Shown here: positions 46,901 to 62,400 of the stretch, piece by piece
Layout of the letters: each line of letters starts with the position of its first letter
How positions within the stretch are numbered: position 1 is the stretch's first letter
Assembly: GCF_009914755.1 (NCBI RefSeq)
Contig: NC_060939.1
Length of the DNA: 64,000 nucleotides
Source: the human T2T-CHM13v2.0 reference genome, Homo sapiens
Direction: 5' to 3' (one strand)
Made by a program: the position numbers and the translations under genes
The notes under the pieces: model-generated
Seen by the model: the letters and a program-made list of their open reading frames with translations, nothing else
Databases searched by the model: none
What the model was told of the DNA's origin: nothing

Positions 46901-49900
46901 TAAAATATCAAAGTACCCATGGTATATATTCTATACTGTACAAAAAATATCACAGTACCCAAAGCATGTATTATATACTGTACCTAAAATATGAAAGTAC
47001 ATCAAATATATATTTTATTCTGTACATAAAATATCAAATTACACCAGATATATATTCTATAGTGTACATAAAATATCAAAGTACCCAAACTATACATTAT
47101 ACACTGTACATAAAATATGAAATTACATCAAATATATACTATATTAGGTACATAAAATATGAAAGTACATGAAATATAGATTATATACTGTACATAAAAT
47201 ATCAAAGTACCCCAAATTTATATTATATACTATACATGAAATATCAAAGTTCACAAACCATATATTATATACTGTACATAAAATATCAAAGTACCCAAGG
47301 TATATATTCTATACTGTACAAAAAATATCAAAATACCCAAAGCATGTATTATATACTGTATATAAAATATGAAAATACATTAAATATATATTTTATTCTG
47401 TACATAAAATATCAAAGTACACCAGATGTATATTCTATAGTGTACATAAAATAACAAAGTACACAAACTATAAATTATATACTGTACATAAAATATGAAA
47501 TTACATCAAATATATATTAGGTACATAAAATATGAAAGTACATCAAATATAGATTATATACTGTACATATAATATCAATGTACCCCAAATATATATTTTA
47601 TACTCTACATGAAATATCAAAGTTCACAAACCATACATTATATACTTTACATAAAATATCAACGTACCCATGGTATATATTCTATACTGTACAAAAGATA
47701 TCAAAGTACCCAAAGCATGTATTATATACTGTACATAAAATATGAAAGTACATCAAATATATATTTTATTCTGTACATAAAATATCAAAGTACACCAGAT
47801 ATATATTCTAGAGTGTACATAAAATATCAAAGTACCCAAACTATATATTATATACTGTACATAAAATATGAAATTACATCAAATATGTATTATATTAGGT
47901 ACATAAAATATGAAAGTACATCAAATATAGATTATATACCGTACATAAAATATCAAAGTACCCCAAATATATATTATATACTATACATGAAATATCAAAT
48001 TTCACAAACTATATATTATATACTGTACATAAAATATCAAAGTACCCAATGTATATATTCTATAGTGTACAAAAAATATCAAAGTACCCAAAGCATGTAT
48101 TATATACTGTACATAAAATATGAAATTACATCAAATATATATTATATTAGGTACTTAAAATATGAAAGTACATCAAATATAGATTATATACTGTACATAA
48201 AATATCAAAGTACCCCAAATATATATTATATACTGTACATGAAATATCAAAGTTTAGAACTATATATTATATACTGTACATAAAATATCAAAGTTCCCAA
48301 GGTATATATTCTATACTGTACAAAAAATATCAAAGTACCCAAAGCATGAATTATATACTGTACATAAAATATGAAATTAAATCAAATATATATTATATTA
48401 GGTACATAAAATATGAAACTACATCAAATATAGATTATATACTGTACATAAAATATCAAAGTACCCCAAATATATATTATATACTGTACATGAAATATCA
48501 AAGTTCACAACAATATATTACATACTGTACATAAAATATCAAAGTACCCAAGGTATATATTCTATACTGTACAAAAGATATCAAAGTACCCAAAGCATGT
48601 ATTATATACTGTATATAAAATATGAAAGTACATTAAATATATATTTTATTCTGTACGTAAAATATCAAAGTACACCAGATATATATTCTATAGTGTACAT
48701 AAAATATCAAAGTACCCAAACTATACATTATATACTGTACATAAAATATGAAATTACATCAAATATATATTAGGTACATAAAATATGAAAGTACATCAAA
48801 TATAGATTATATACTGCACATATAATATCAATGTACCGCAAATATATATTTTATACTCTACATGAAATATCAAAGTTCACAAACCATATATTATATACTG
48901 TACATAAAATATCAAAGTACCCAAGGTATATATTCTATATTGTACAAAAAATATCAAAGTACCCAAAGCATGTATAATATACTGTACATAAATATGAAAG
49001 TACATCAAATATATATATTATTCTGTACATAAAATATCAAAGTACACCAGATATATATTCTATAGTGTACATAAAATATCAAAGTACCCAAACTATACAT
49101 TATATACTGTAAATAAAATATGAAATTACATCAAATATATTTTATATTAGGTACATAAAATATGAAAGTACATCAAATATAGGTTATATACTGTCCATTA
49201 AATACCAAAGTACCCCAAATATATATTTTATAATGTACAGGAAATATCAAAGTTCACAAACTATATATTATATACTGTACATAAAATATCAAAGTACCCA
49301 AGGTATATATTCTATACTGTACAAAAAATATCAAAGTACCCAAAGCATGTATTATATACTGTATATAAAATATGAAAGTACATCAAATATATATTTAATT
49401 CTGTACTTAATATATCAAAGTACACCAGATATATATTCTATAGTGTACATAAAATAACAAAGTACACAAACTATACATTATATACTGTACATAAAATATG
49501 AAATTACATCAAATCTATATTAGGTACATAAAATATGAAAGTACATCAAATATAGATTATATACTGTACATAAAATATCAATTTACCCCAAATATATATT
49601 TTATACTATACATGAAATATCAAAGTTAACAAACCACATTTTGTATACTGTACATAAAATATCAAGGTACCCAAGGTATATATTTATACTCTACAAAAAA
49701 TATCAAAGTACCCAAAGCATGTATTATATACTGTACATAAAATATGAAAGTACATCAAATATATATTTTATTCTGTACATAAAATATCAAAGTACACCAG
49801 ATATATATTCTATAGTGTAAATAAATATCAAAGTACCCAAACTATTTATTATATACTGTATATAAAATATGAAATTACATCAAATATATAATATATTAAG

Positions 49901-52599
49901 TACATAAAATATGAAAGTTCATCAAATATAGATTATATGCGGTACATTAAATACCAAAGTACCCCAAATATATATTTTATACTGTACATGAAATATCAAA
50001 GTTCACAAACTATATATTATATACTGTACATAAAATATCAAAGTACTCAAGGTATATATTCTATACTGTACAAAATATATCAAAGTACCCAAAGCACGTA
50101 TTATATACTGTACATAAAATATGAAAGTACATCAAATATATATTTTATTCTGTACATAAAATATCAAAGTACACCAGATATATATTCTATAGTGTACATA
50201 AAATAACAAAGTACACAAACTATACATTATATACTGTACATAAAATATGAAATTACATCAAATATATATTAGGTACATAAAATATGAAAGTACATCAAAT
50301 ATAGATTATATACTGTACATTAAATACCAAAGTACCGCAAATATATATTTTATACTCTACATGAAATATCAAAGTTCACAAACCATATATTATATACTGT
50401 AAATAAAATATCAAAGAACCCAAGGTATATATTCTATACTGTACAAAAGATATCAAAGTACCCAAAGCATGTATTATATACTGTACATAAAATATGAAAG
50501 TACATCAAATATATATTTTATTCTGTACATAAAATATCAAAGTACACCAGATATATATACTATAGTGTACATAAAATATCAAAGTACCCAAACTATACAT
50601 TATACACTATACATAAAATATGAGATTACATCAAATATATATTATATTAGGTACATAAAATATGAAAGTTCATCAAATATAGATTATATGCTGTACATTA
50701 AATACCAAAGTACCCCAAATATATATTTTATACTGTACATGAAATATCAAAGTTCACAAACTATATATTATATACTGCACATAAAATATCAAAGTACCCA
50801 AGGTATACATTATATACTGTACATAAAATATGAAATTACATCAAATATATATTATATTAGGTAGTTAAAATATGAAAGTACATCAAATATAGATTATATA
50901 CTGTACATAAAATATCAAAGTACACCAAATATATATTATATACTGTACATGAAATATCAAAGTTCTCAACTATATATTATATACCGTACATAAAATATCA
51001 AAGTCCCCAAGGTATATATTCTATACTATACAAAAAATATCAAAGTACCCAAAGCATGCATTATATACTGTACATAAAATATGAAATTACATCAAATATA
51101 TATTATATTAGGTACATAAAATATGAAACTACATCAAATATAGACTATATACTGTACATAAAATATCAAAGTACCCCAAATATATATTATATACTCTACA
51201 TGAAATATCAAAGTTCACAAACTATATATTATATACTGTACATAAAATATCAAAGTACCCAAGGTATATATTCTATACTGCACAAAAAATATCAAAGTAC
51301 CCAAAGCATGTATTATATACTGTACATAAAATATGAAAGTACATCAAATATATATTTTATTCTGTACATAATATATCAAAGTACACCAGATATATATTCT
51401 ATTGTGTACCAAAAATTACAAAGTACAGAAACTATAAATTATATACTGTACATAAAATATGAAATTACATCAAACATATATTAGGTACATAAAATATGAA
51501 AGTACATCAAATATAGATTATATACTGTACCTAAAATATCAATGTACCCCAAATATATATTTTATACTCTACATGAAATATCAAAGTTCACAAACCATAT
51601 ATTGTATACTGTACACAAAATATCAAAGTACCCAAGGTATATATTCTATACTGTATAAAAAATATCAAAGTACCCAAAGCATGTATTATATACTGTACAT
51701 AAAATATGAAAGTACATCAAATATATATTTTATTCTGTACATAAAATATCAAAGTACACCAGATATATATTCTACAGTGTACATAAAATATCAAAGTACC
51801 CAAACTATACATTATATACTGTACATAAAATATGAAATTACATCAAATATATTTTATATTAGGTACATAAACTATGAAAGTACATCAAATATAGATTATA
51901 TACTGTAGATTAAATACCAAAGTACCCCAAATATATATTTTACACTGTACATGAAATATCAAAGTTCACAAACTATATATTATATACTGTACATAAAATA
52001 TCAAAGTACCCAAGGTATATACTCTATACTGTACAAAAAATAACAAAGTACCAAAAGCATGTATTATATAGTGTACCTAAAATATGAAAGTACATCAAAT
52101 ATATATTTTATTCTGTACATAAAATATCAAAGTACACCAGATATATATTCTATAGTGTACATAAAATATCAAAGTACCCAAAATATACATTATATACTGT
52201 ACATAAAATATGAAATTACATCAAATATATATTATATTAGGTACATAAAATATGAAAGTACATCAAATATAGATTATATACTGTACATAAAATATCAAAG
52301 TACCCCAAATATATATTATATACTCTACATGAAATATCAAAGTTCACAAACTATATATTATATACTGTACATAAAATATCAAAGTACCCAAGGTATATAT
52401 TCTATACTGTACAAAAAATATCAAAGTACCCAAAGCATGTATTATATACTGTATATAAAATATGAAAGTACATTAAATATATATTTTATTCAGTACATAA
52501 AATATCAAAGTACACCAGATATATATTCTATAGTGTACATAAAATTAAAAAGTACACAAACTATAAATTATATACTGTACATAAAATATGAAATTACAT

Positions 52600-55500
52600 C
52601 AAATATATATTAGGTACATAAAATATGAAAGTACATCAAATATAGATTATATACTGTACATATAATATCAATGTACCCCAAATATATATTTTATACTCTA
52701 CATGAAATATCAAAGTTCACAAACCATACATTATATACTGTACATAAAATATCAAAGTACCCAAGGTATATATTCTATACTGTACAAAAAATATCAAAGT
52801 ACCCAAAGCATGTATTATATACTGTACCTAAAATATGAAAGTACATCAAATATAGATTATATACTGTACATAAAATATGAAAGTACCCCAAATATATATT
52901 ATATACTCTACATGAAATATCAAAGTTCACAAACTATATATTATATACTGTACATAAAATATGAAATTACATGAAATATATTTTATATTAGGTACATAAA
53001 ATATGAAAGTACATCAAATATAGATTATATACTTTACATTAAATACCAAAGTACCCCAAACATATATTTTATACTGTACATGAAATATCAAAGTTCACAA
53101 ACTATATATTATATACTGCACATATAATATCAAAGTACCCAAGGTATATATTCTATACTGTACAAAAAATAACAAAGTACCAAAAGCATGTATTATATAC
53201 TGTACCTAAAATATGAAAGTACATCAAATATATATTTTCTTCTGTACATAAAATATCAAAGTACACCAGATATATATTCTATAGTGTACATAAAATATCA
53301 AAGTACCCAAACTATACATTATATACTGTACATAAAATATGAAATTACATCAAATATATATTATATTAGGTACATAAAATATGAAAGTACATCAAATATA
53401 GATTATATACTGTACATTAAATACCAAAGTACCCCACATATATATTTTATACTGTACGTGAAATATCAATGTTCACAAACTATATATTATATACTGTACA
53501 TAAAATATCAAAGTACCCAAGGTATATATTCTATACTGTACGAAAAATATCAAAGTACCCAAAGCATGTATTATATACTGTATATAAAATATGAAAGTAG
53601 ATCAAATATATATTTTATTCTGTACATAAAATATCAAAGTACACCAGATATATATTCTATAGTGTACATAAAATAACAAAGTACAAAAACTATAAATTAT
53701 ATACTGTACATAAAATATGAAATTACATCAAATATATATTAGGTACATAAAATATGAAAGTACATCAAATATAGATTATATACTGTACATAAAATATCAA
53801 TGTACCCCAAATATATATTTTATACTCTACATGAAATATCAAAGTTCACAAACCATATATTATATACTGTACATAAAATATCAAAGTACCCAAGGTATAT
53901 ATTCTATACTATACAAAAAATATCAAACTACCCAAAGCATGTATTATATACTGTACCTAAAATATGAAAGTACATCAAATATATATTTTATTCTGTACAT
54001 AAAATATCAAAGTACACCAGATATATATTCTATAGTGTACATAAAATATCAAAGTACCCAAACTATACATTATATACTGTACATAAAATATGAAATTACA
54101 TCAAATATATTTTATATTAGGTACATAAAATATGAAAGTACATCAAATATAGATTATATACTGTACATTAAATACCAAAGTACCCCAAATATATATTTTA
54201 TACTGTACATGAAATATCAAAGTTCACAAACTATATATTATATACTGTACATATAATATCAAAGTACCCAAGGTATATATTCTATACTGTACAAAAAATA
54301 ACAACGTACGCAAAGCATGTATTATATACTGTACCTAAAATATGAAAGTACATCAAATATATATTTTATTCTGTACATAAAATATCAAAGTACACCAGAT
54401 ATATATTCTATAGTGTACATAAAATATCAAAGTACCCAAACTATACATTATATACTGTACATAAAATATGAAATTACATCCAATATATTTTATATTAGGT
54501 ACATAAAATATGAAAGTACATCAAATATAGATTATATACTGTACATTAAATACCAAAGTACCCCAAATATATATTTTATACTCTACATGAAATATCAAAG
54601 TTCACAAACTATATATTATATACAGTACATATAATATCAAAGTACCCAAGGTATAAATTCTATACTGTACAAAAAATATCAAAGTACCCAAAGCATGTAT
54701 TATATACTGTACATAAAATATGAAAGTACATCAAATATATATTTTATTCTGTACATAATATATCAAAGTACACCAGATATATATTCTATATTGTACATAA
54801 AATAACAAAGTACACAAACTATAAATTATATACTGTACATAAAATATGAAATTACATCAAATATATTTTATATTAGGTACATAAAATATGAAAGTACATC
54901 AAATATAGATTATATACTGTACATAAAATATCAATGTACCCCAAATATATATTTTATACTCTACATGAAATATGAAAGTTCACAAACCATATATTGTATA
55001 CTGTACATAAAATATCAAAGTACCCAAGGTATATATTCTATACTGTATAAAAAATATCAAAGTACCCAAAGCATGTATTATATACTGTACATAAAATATG
55101 AAAGTACATCAAATATATATTTTATTCTGTACATAAAATATCAAAGTACACCAGATAAATATTCTATAGTGTACATAAAATATCAAAGTACCCAAACTAT
55201 ACATTATATACTGTACATAAAATATGAAATTACTTCAAATATATTTTATATTAGGTACATAAAATATGAAAGTACATCAAATATAGATTATATACTGTAC
55301 ATTAAATACCAAAGTACCCCAAATATATATTTTATACTGTACATGAAATATCAAAGTTCACAAACTATATATTATATACTGTACATAAAATATCAAAGTA
55401 CCCAAGGTATATATTCTATACTGTACAAAAAATAACAAAGTACCAAAAGCATGTATTATATACTGTACCTAAAATATGAAAGTACATCAAATATATATTT

Positions 55501-58500
55501 TATTCTGTACATAAAATATCAAAGTACACCAGATATATATTCTATACTGTACATAAAATATAAAAGTACCCAAACTATACATTATATACTGTACATAAAA
55601 TATGAAATTACATCAAATATATATTATATTAGGTACATAAAATATGAAAGTACATCAAATATAGATTATATACTGTACATAAAATATCAAAGTACCCCAA
55701 ATATATATTATATACTCTACATGAAATATCAAAGTTCACAAACTATATATTATATACTGTACATAAAATATCAAAATACCCAAGGTATATATTCTATACC
55801 GTACAAAAAATATCAAAGTACCCAAAGCATGTATTATATACTGTATATAAAATATGAAGGTACATTAAATATATATTTTATTCTGTACATAAAATATCAA
55901 AGTACACCAGATATATATTCTATAGTGTACATAAAATTACAAAGTACACAAACTATAAATTATATACTGTGCATAAAATATGAAATAACATCAAATATAT
56001 ATTAGGTACATAAAATATGAAAGTACATCAAATATAGATTATATACTGTACATATAATATCAATGTACCCCAAATATATATTTTATACTCTACATGAAAT
56101 ATCAAAGTTCACAAACTACATATTATATACTATACATAAAATATCAAAGTACCCAAGGTATATATTCTATACTGTACAAAAAATATCAAAGTACCCAAAG
56201 CATGTATTATATACTGTACATAAAATATGAAAGTACATCAAATATATATTTTATTCTGTACATAAAATATCAAATTACACCAGATATATATTCTATAGTG
56301 TACATAAAATAACAAAGTACACAAACTATAAATTACTGTACATAAAATATGAAATTACATCAAATATATATTAGGTACATAAAATATGAACGTACATCAA
56401 ATATAGATTATATACTGTACATAAAATATCAATGTACCCCAAATATATATTTTATACTCTACATGAAATATCAAAGTTCACAAACCATATATTATATACT
56501 GTACATAAAACATCAAAGTACCCAAGGCATATATTCTATACTGTACAAAAAATATCAAAGTACCCAAAGCATCTATTATATACTGTACATAAAATATGAA
56601 AGTACATCAAATATATATTTTATTCTGTACATAAAATATCAAAGTACACCAGATATATATTCTATAGTGTACATAAAATATCAAATTACGCAAACTATAC
56701 ATTATATACTGTAGATAAAATATGAAATTACATCAAATATATATTATATTAGGTACATAAAACATGAAAGTACATCAAATATAGATAATATACTGTACAT
56801 AAAATATCAAATTACCCCAAATATATATTAAATACTCTACATGAAATATCAAAGTTCACAAACTATATATTATATACTGTACATAAAATATCAAAGTACC
56901 CAAGGTAAATATTCTATACTGTACAAAAAATATGAAAGTACCCAAAGCATGTATTATATACTGTATATAAAATATGAAAGTACATCAAATATATATTAGG
57001 TACATAAAATATGAAAGTACATCAAATATAGATTATATACTGTACATAAAATATCAAAGTACCCCAAATATATTTTATATACTCTACATGAAATATCAAA
57101 GTTCACAAACTATATATTATATACTGTACATAAAATATAAAAATACCCAAGGTATATATTCTATACTGTACAAAAAATATCAAAGTACCCAAAGCATGTA
57201 TTATATACTGTATATAAAATATGAAAGTACATCAAATATATATTAGGTACATAAAATATGAAAGTACATCAAATATAGATTATATACTGTACATAAAATA
57301 TCAAAGTACCCCAAATATATATTATAAACTCTACATGAAATATCAAAGTTCACAAACTATATATTATATACTGTACATAAAATATAAAAGTACCCAAGGT
57401 ATATATTCTATACTGTAGAAAAAATAACAAAGTACCCAAAGCATGTATTATATACTGTACATAAAATATGAAAGTACATCAAATATATATTTTATTCTGT
57501 ACATAAAATATCAAAGTACACCAGATATATATTCTATAGTGTACATAAAATAACAAAGTACACAAACTATACATTATATACTGTACATAAAATATGAAAT
57601 TACATCAAATATATATTAGGTACATAAAATATGAAAGTACATCAAATATAGATTATATACTGTACATAAAATATCAATGTACCCCAAATATATATTATAT
57701 ACTCTACATGAAATATCAAAGTTCACAAACTATATATTATATACTGTACATAAAATATCAAAGTACCCAAGGTATATATTCTATACTGTACAAAAAATAT
57801 CAAAGTACCCAAAGCATGTATTATATACTGTATCTAAAATATGAAAGTACATCAAATATATATTTTATTCTGCACATAAAATATCAAAATACTCCAGATA
57901 TATATTCTATAGTGTACATAAAATAACAAAGTACACAAAGTATATATTATATACTGTACATAAAATATGAAATTACATCAAATATATATTAGGTACATAA
58001 AATATGAAAGTACATCAAATATAGATTATATACTGTACATATAATATCAATGTACCCCAAATATATATTTTATACTCTATATGAAATATCAAAGTTCACA
58101 AACCATACATTATATACTGTACATAAAATATCAAAGTACCCAAGGTATATATTGTATACTGTACAAAAAATATCAAAGTACCCAAAGCATGTATTATATA
58201 CTGTACCTAAAATATGAAAGTACATCAAATATAGATTATATACTGTACATAAAATATGAAAGTACCCCAAATATATATTATATACTCTACATGAAATATC
58301 AAAGTTCACAAACTATATATTATATACTGTACATAAAATATGAAATTACATCAAATATATTTTATATTAGGTACATAAAATATGAAAGTACATCAAATAT
58401 AAATTATATACTTTACATTAAATACCAAAGTACCCCAAACATATATTTTATACTGTACATGAAATATCAAAGTTCACAAACTATATATTATATACTGCAC

Positions 58501-59450
58501 ATATAATATCAAAGTACCCAAGGTATATATTCTATACTGTACAAAAAATAACAAAGTACCAAAAGCATGTATTATATACTGTACCTAAAATATGAAAGTA
58601 CATCAAATATATATTTTCTTCTGTACATAAAATATCAAAGTACACCAGATATATATTCTATAGTGTACATAAAATATCAAAGTACCCAAACTATACATTA
58701 TATACTGTACATAAAATATGAAATTACATCAAATATATATTATATTAGGTACATAAAATATGAAAGTACATCAAATATAGATTATATACTGTACATTAAA
58801 TACCAAAGTACCCCACATATATATTTTATACTGTACGTGAAATATCAATGTTCACAAACTATATATTATATACTGTACATAAAATATCAAAGTACCCAAG
58901 GTATATATTCTATACTGTACGAAAAATATCAAAGTACCCAAAGCATGTATTATATACTGTATATAAAATATGAAAGTAGATCAAATATATATTTTATTCT
59001 GTACATAAAATATCAAAGTACACCAGATATATATTCTATAGTGTACATAAAATAACAAAGTACAAAAACTATAAATTATATACTGTACATAAAATATGAA
59101 ATTACATCAAATATATATTAGGTACATAAAATATGAAGGTACATCAAATATAGATTATATACTGTACATAAAATATCAATGTACCCCAAATATATATTTT
59201 ATACTCTACATGAAATATCAAAGTTCACAAACCATATATTATATACTGTACATAAAATATCAAAGTACCCAAGGTATATATTCTATACTATACAAAAAAT
59301 ATCAAACTACCCAAAGCATGTATTATATACTGTACCTAAAATATGAAAGTACATCAAATATATATTTTATTCTGTACATAAAATATCAAAGTACACCAGA
59401 TATATATTCTATAGTGTACATAAAATATCAAAGTACCCAAACTATACATT
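52600..59450 (+). repeat. Dispersed duplication of a ~1.4-kb segment at +5379 (~52.65-54.07 kb vs ~58.03-59.45 kb)
   Basis: ORF pairs 52702/58081, 53188/58567 (identical 162 aa) and 53717/59096. Shared markers TTTTCTTCTG, CCCCACAT, GTACGTGAA, AAGTAGATC, plus the same rearranged monomer order. Confidence 0.88.
56841..57334 (+). repeat. Two tandem 247-bp 6-mer units (373 minus 126)
   Basis: Unit-start ATGs at 56841, 57088 and 57335. Hybrid monomer GAAAGTACATCAAATATATATTAGGTAC. MKVHQ ORFs at 56974 and 57221 are 247 bp apart. Confidence 0.88.
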
Positions 59451-62400
59451 ATAAACTGTACATAAAATATGAAATTACATCAAATATATATTAGGTACAT
59501 AAAATATGAAAGTAAATCAAATATAGATTATATGCTGTACATAAAATATCAATGTACCCCAAATATATATTTTATACTCTACATGAAATATCAAAGTTCA
59601 CAAACCATATATTATATACTGTACATAAAATATCAAAGTACCCAAGGTATATATTCTATACTGTACAAAAAATATCAAAGTAACCAAAGCATGTATAATA
59701 TACTGTACATAAAATATGAAAGTACATCAAATATATATTTTATTCTGTACATAAAATATCAAAGTACACCAGATATATATTCTATAGTGTACATAAAATA
59801 TCAAAGTACCCAAACTATACATTATATACTGTACATAAAATATGAAATTACATAAAATATAATTTATATTAGGTACATAAATTATGAAAGTATATCAAAT
59901 ATAGATTATATACTGTACATTAAATACCAAAGTACCCCAAATATATATTTTATACTGTACATGAAATATCAAAGTTCACAAACTATATATTATATACTGT
60001 ACATAAAATATCAAAGTACCCAAGGTATATATTCTGTACTGTACAAAAAACATCAAAGTACCCAAAGCATGTATTATATACTGTACATAAAATATGAAAG
60101 TACATCAAATATATATTTTATTCTGTACATAATATATCAAAGTACACCAGATATAAATTCTATAGTGTACATAAAATAACAAAGTATACAAACTATAAAT
60201 TATATACTGTACATAAAATATGAAATTACATCAAATATATATTAGGTACATAAAATATGAAAGTACATCAAATATAGATTATATACTGTACATAAAATAT
60301 CAATGTACCCCAAATATATATTTCATACTATACATGAAATGTCAAAGTTCACAAACCATATATTGTATACTTTACATAAAATATCAAAGTACCCAAGGTA
60401 TATATTCTATACTGTACAAAAAATATCAAAGTACCCAAAGCATGTATTATATACTGTACATAAAATATGAAAGTACATCAAGTATATATTTTATTGTGTA
60501 CATAAAATATCAAAGTACACCAGATATATATTCTATAGTGTACATAAAATATCAAAGTACCCAAACTATACATTATATACTGTACATAAAATATGAAATT
60601 ACATAAAATATATATTATATTAGGTACATAAAATATGAAAGTACATCAAATATAGATTATATACTGTACATTAAATACCAAAGTACCCCAAATATATATT
60701 TTATACTGTACATGAAATATCAAAGTTCACAAACTATATATTATATACTGTACATAAAATATCAAAGTACCCAAGGTATATATTCTATACTGTACAAAAA
60801 ATATCAAAGTAACCAAAACATGTATTATATACTGTACATAAAATATGAAAGTACATCATATATATATTTTATTCTGTACATAAAATATCAAAGTACACCA
60901 GATATGTATTTTATAGTGTACATAAAATATCAAAGTACCCAAACTATACATTATATACTGTACATAAAATATGAAATTACATCAAATATATATTATATTA
61001 GGTACATAAAATATGAAAGTACATCAAATATAGATTATATACTGTACATTAAATACCAAAGTACCCTAAATATATATTTTATACTCTACATGAAATATCA
61101 AAGTTCACAAACTATATATTATATACTGTACATAAAATATCAAAGTACCCAAGGTATATATTCTATACTGTACAAAAAATATCAAAGTACCCAAAGCATG
61201 TATTATATACTGTACATAAAATATGAAAGTACATCATATATATATTTTATTCTGTACATAAAATATCAAAGTACACCAGATATATATTCTATAGTGTACA
61301 TTAAATATCAAAGTACACAAACTATACATTATATACTGTACATAAAATATGAAATTACATCAAATATATATTAGGTACATAAAATATGAATGTACATCAA
61401 ATATAGATTATATACTGTACATAAAATATCAAAGTAACCCAAATATATATTTTATACTCTACATGAAATATCAAAGTTCACAAACCATATATTATATACT
61501 GTACATAAAATATCAAAGTACCCAAGGTATATATTCTATACTATACAAAAAATATCAAAGTACCCAAAGCATGTATTATATACTGTACATAAAATATGAA
61601 AGTACATCAAATATATATTTTATTCTGTACATAAAATATCAAAGTACACCAGATATATATTCTATAGTGTACATAAAATATCAAAGTATCCAAACTATAC
61701 ATTATATACTGTACATAAAATATGAAATTACATCAAATATATATTATATTAGGTACATAAAATATGAAAGTACATCAAATATAGATTATATACTGTACAT
61801 TAAATACCAAAGTACCCCAAATATATATTTTATACTGTACATGAAATATCAAAGTTCACAAACTATATATTATATACTGTACATAAAATATCAAAGTACC
61901 CAAGGTATATATTCTATACTGTACAAAAAATATCAAAGTACCCAAAGCATGCATTATATACGGTACATAAAATATGAAAGTACATCAAATATATATTTTA
62001 TTCTGTACATAAAATATCAAAGTACACCAGATGTATATTCTATAGTGTACATAAAATATCAAAGTACCCAAACTATACATTATATACTGTACATAAAATA
62101 TGAAATTACATCAAAAATATATTATATTAGGTACATAAAATATGAAAGTACATCAAATATAGATTATATACTGTCCATAAAATATCAAAGTACCCAAGGT
62201 ATATATTCTATACTGTACAAAAAATATCAAAGTACCCAAAGCATGTATTATATACTGTACATAAAATATGAAAGTACATCAAATATATATTTTATTCTGT
62301 ACATAAAATATCAAAGTACACCAGATATATATTCTATAGTGTGCATAAAATAACAAAGTACACACACTATAAATTATATACTGTACATAAAATATGAAAT

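Noticed and set aside
1205-56340. Isolated 1-4-bp deletions (e.g. ~1212, ~1750, ~29195, ~37067, ~48990, ~49683, ~49822, ~56335)
   Set aside because: These are ordinary slippage in homopolymer or TA runs, or possible consensus errors. I used them only for length accounting.
58070-58309. Sole minus-strand ORF (79 aa), possibly marking an inversion or antisense gene
   Set aside because: Repeat orientation is unchanged here. The ORF is a chance result of the monomer swap plus point variants removing stops.
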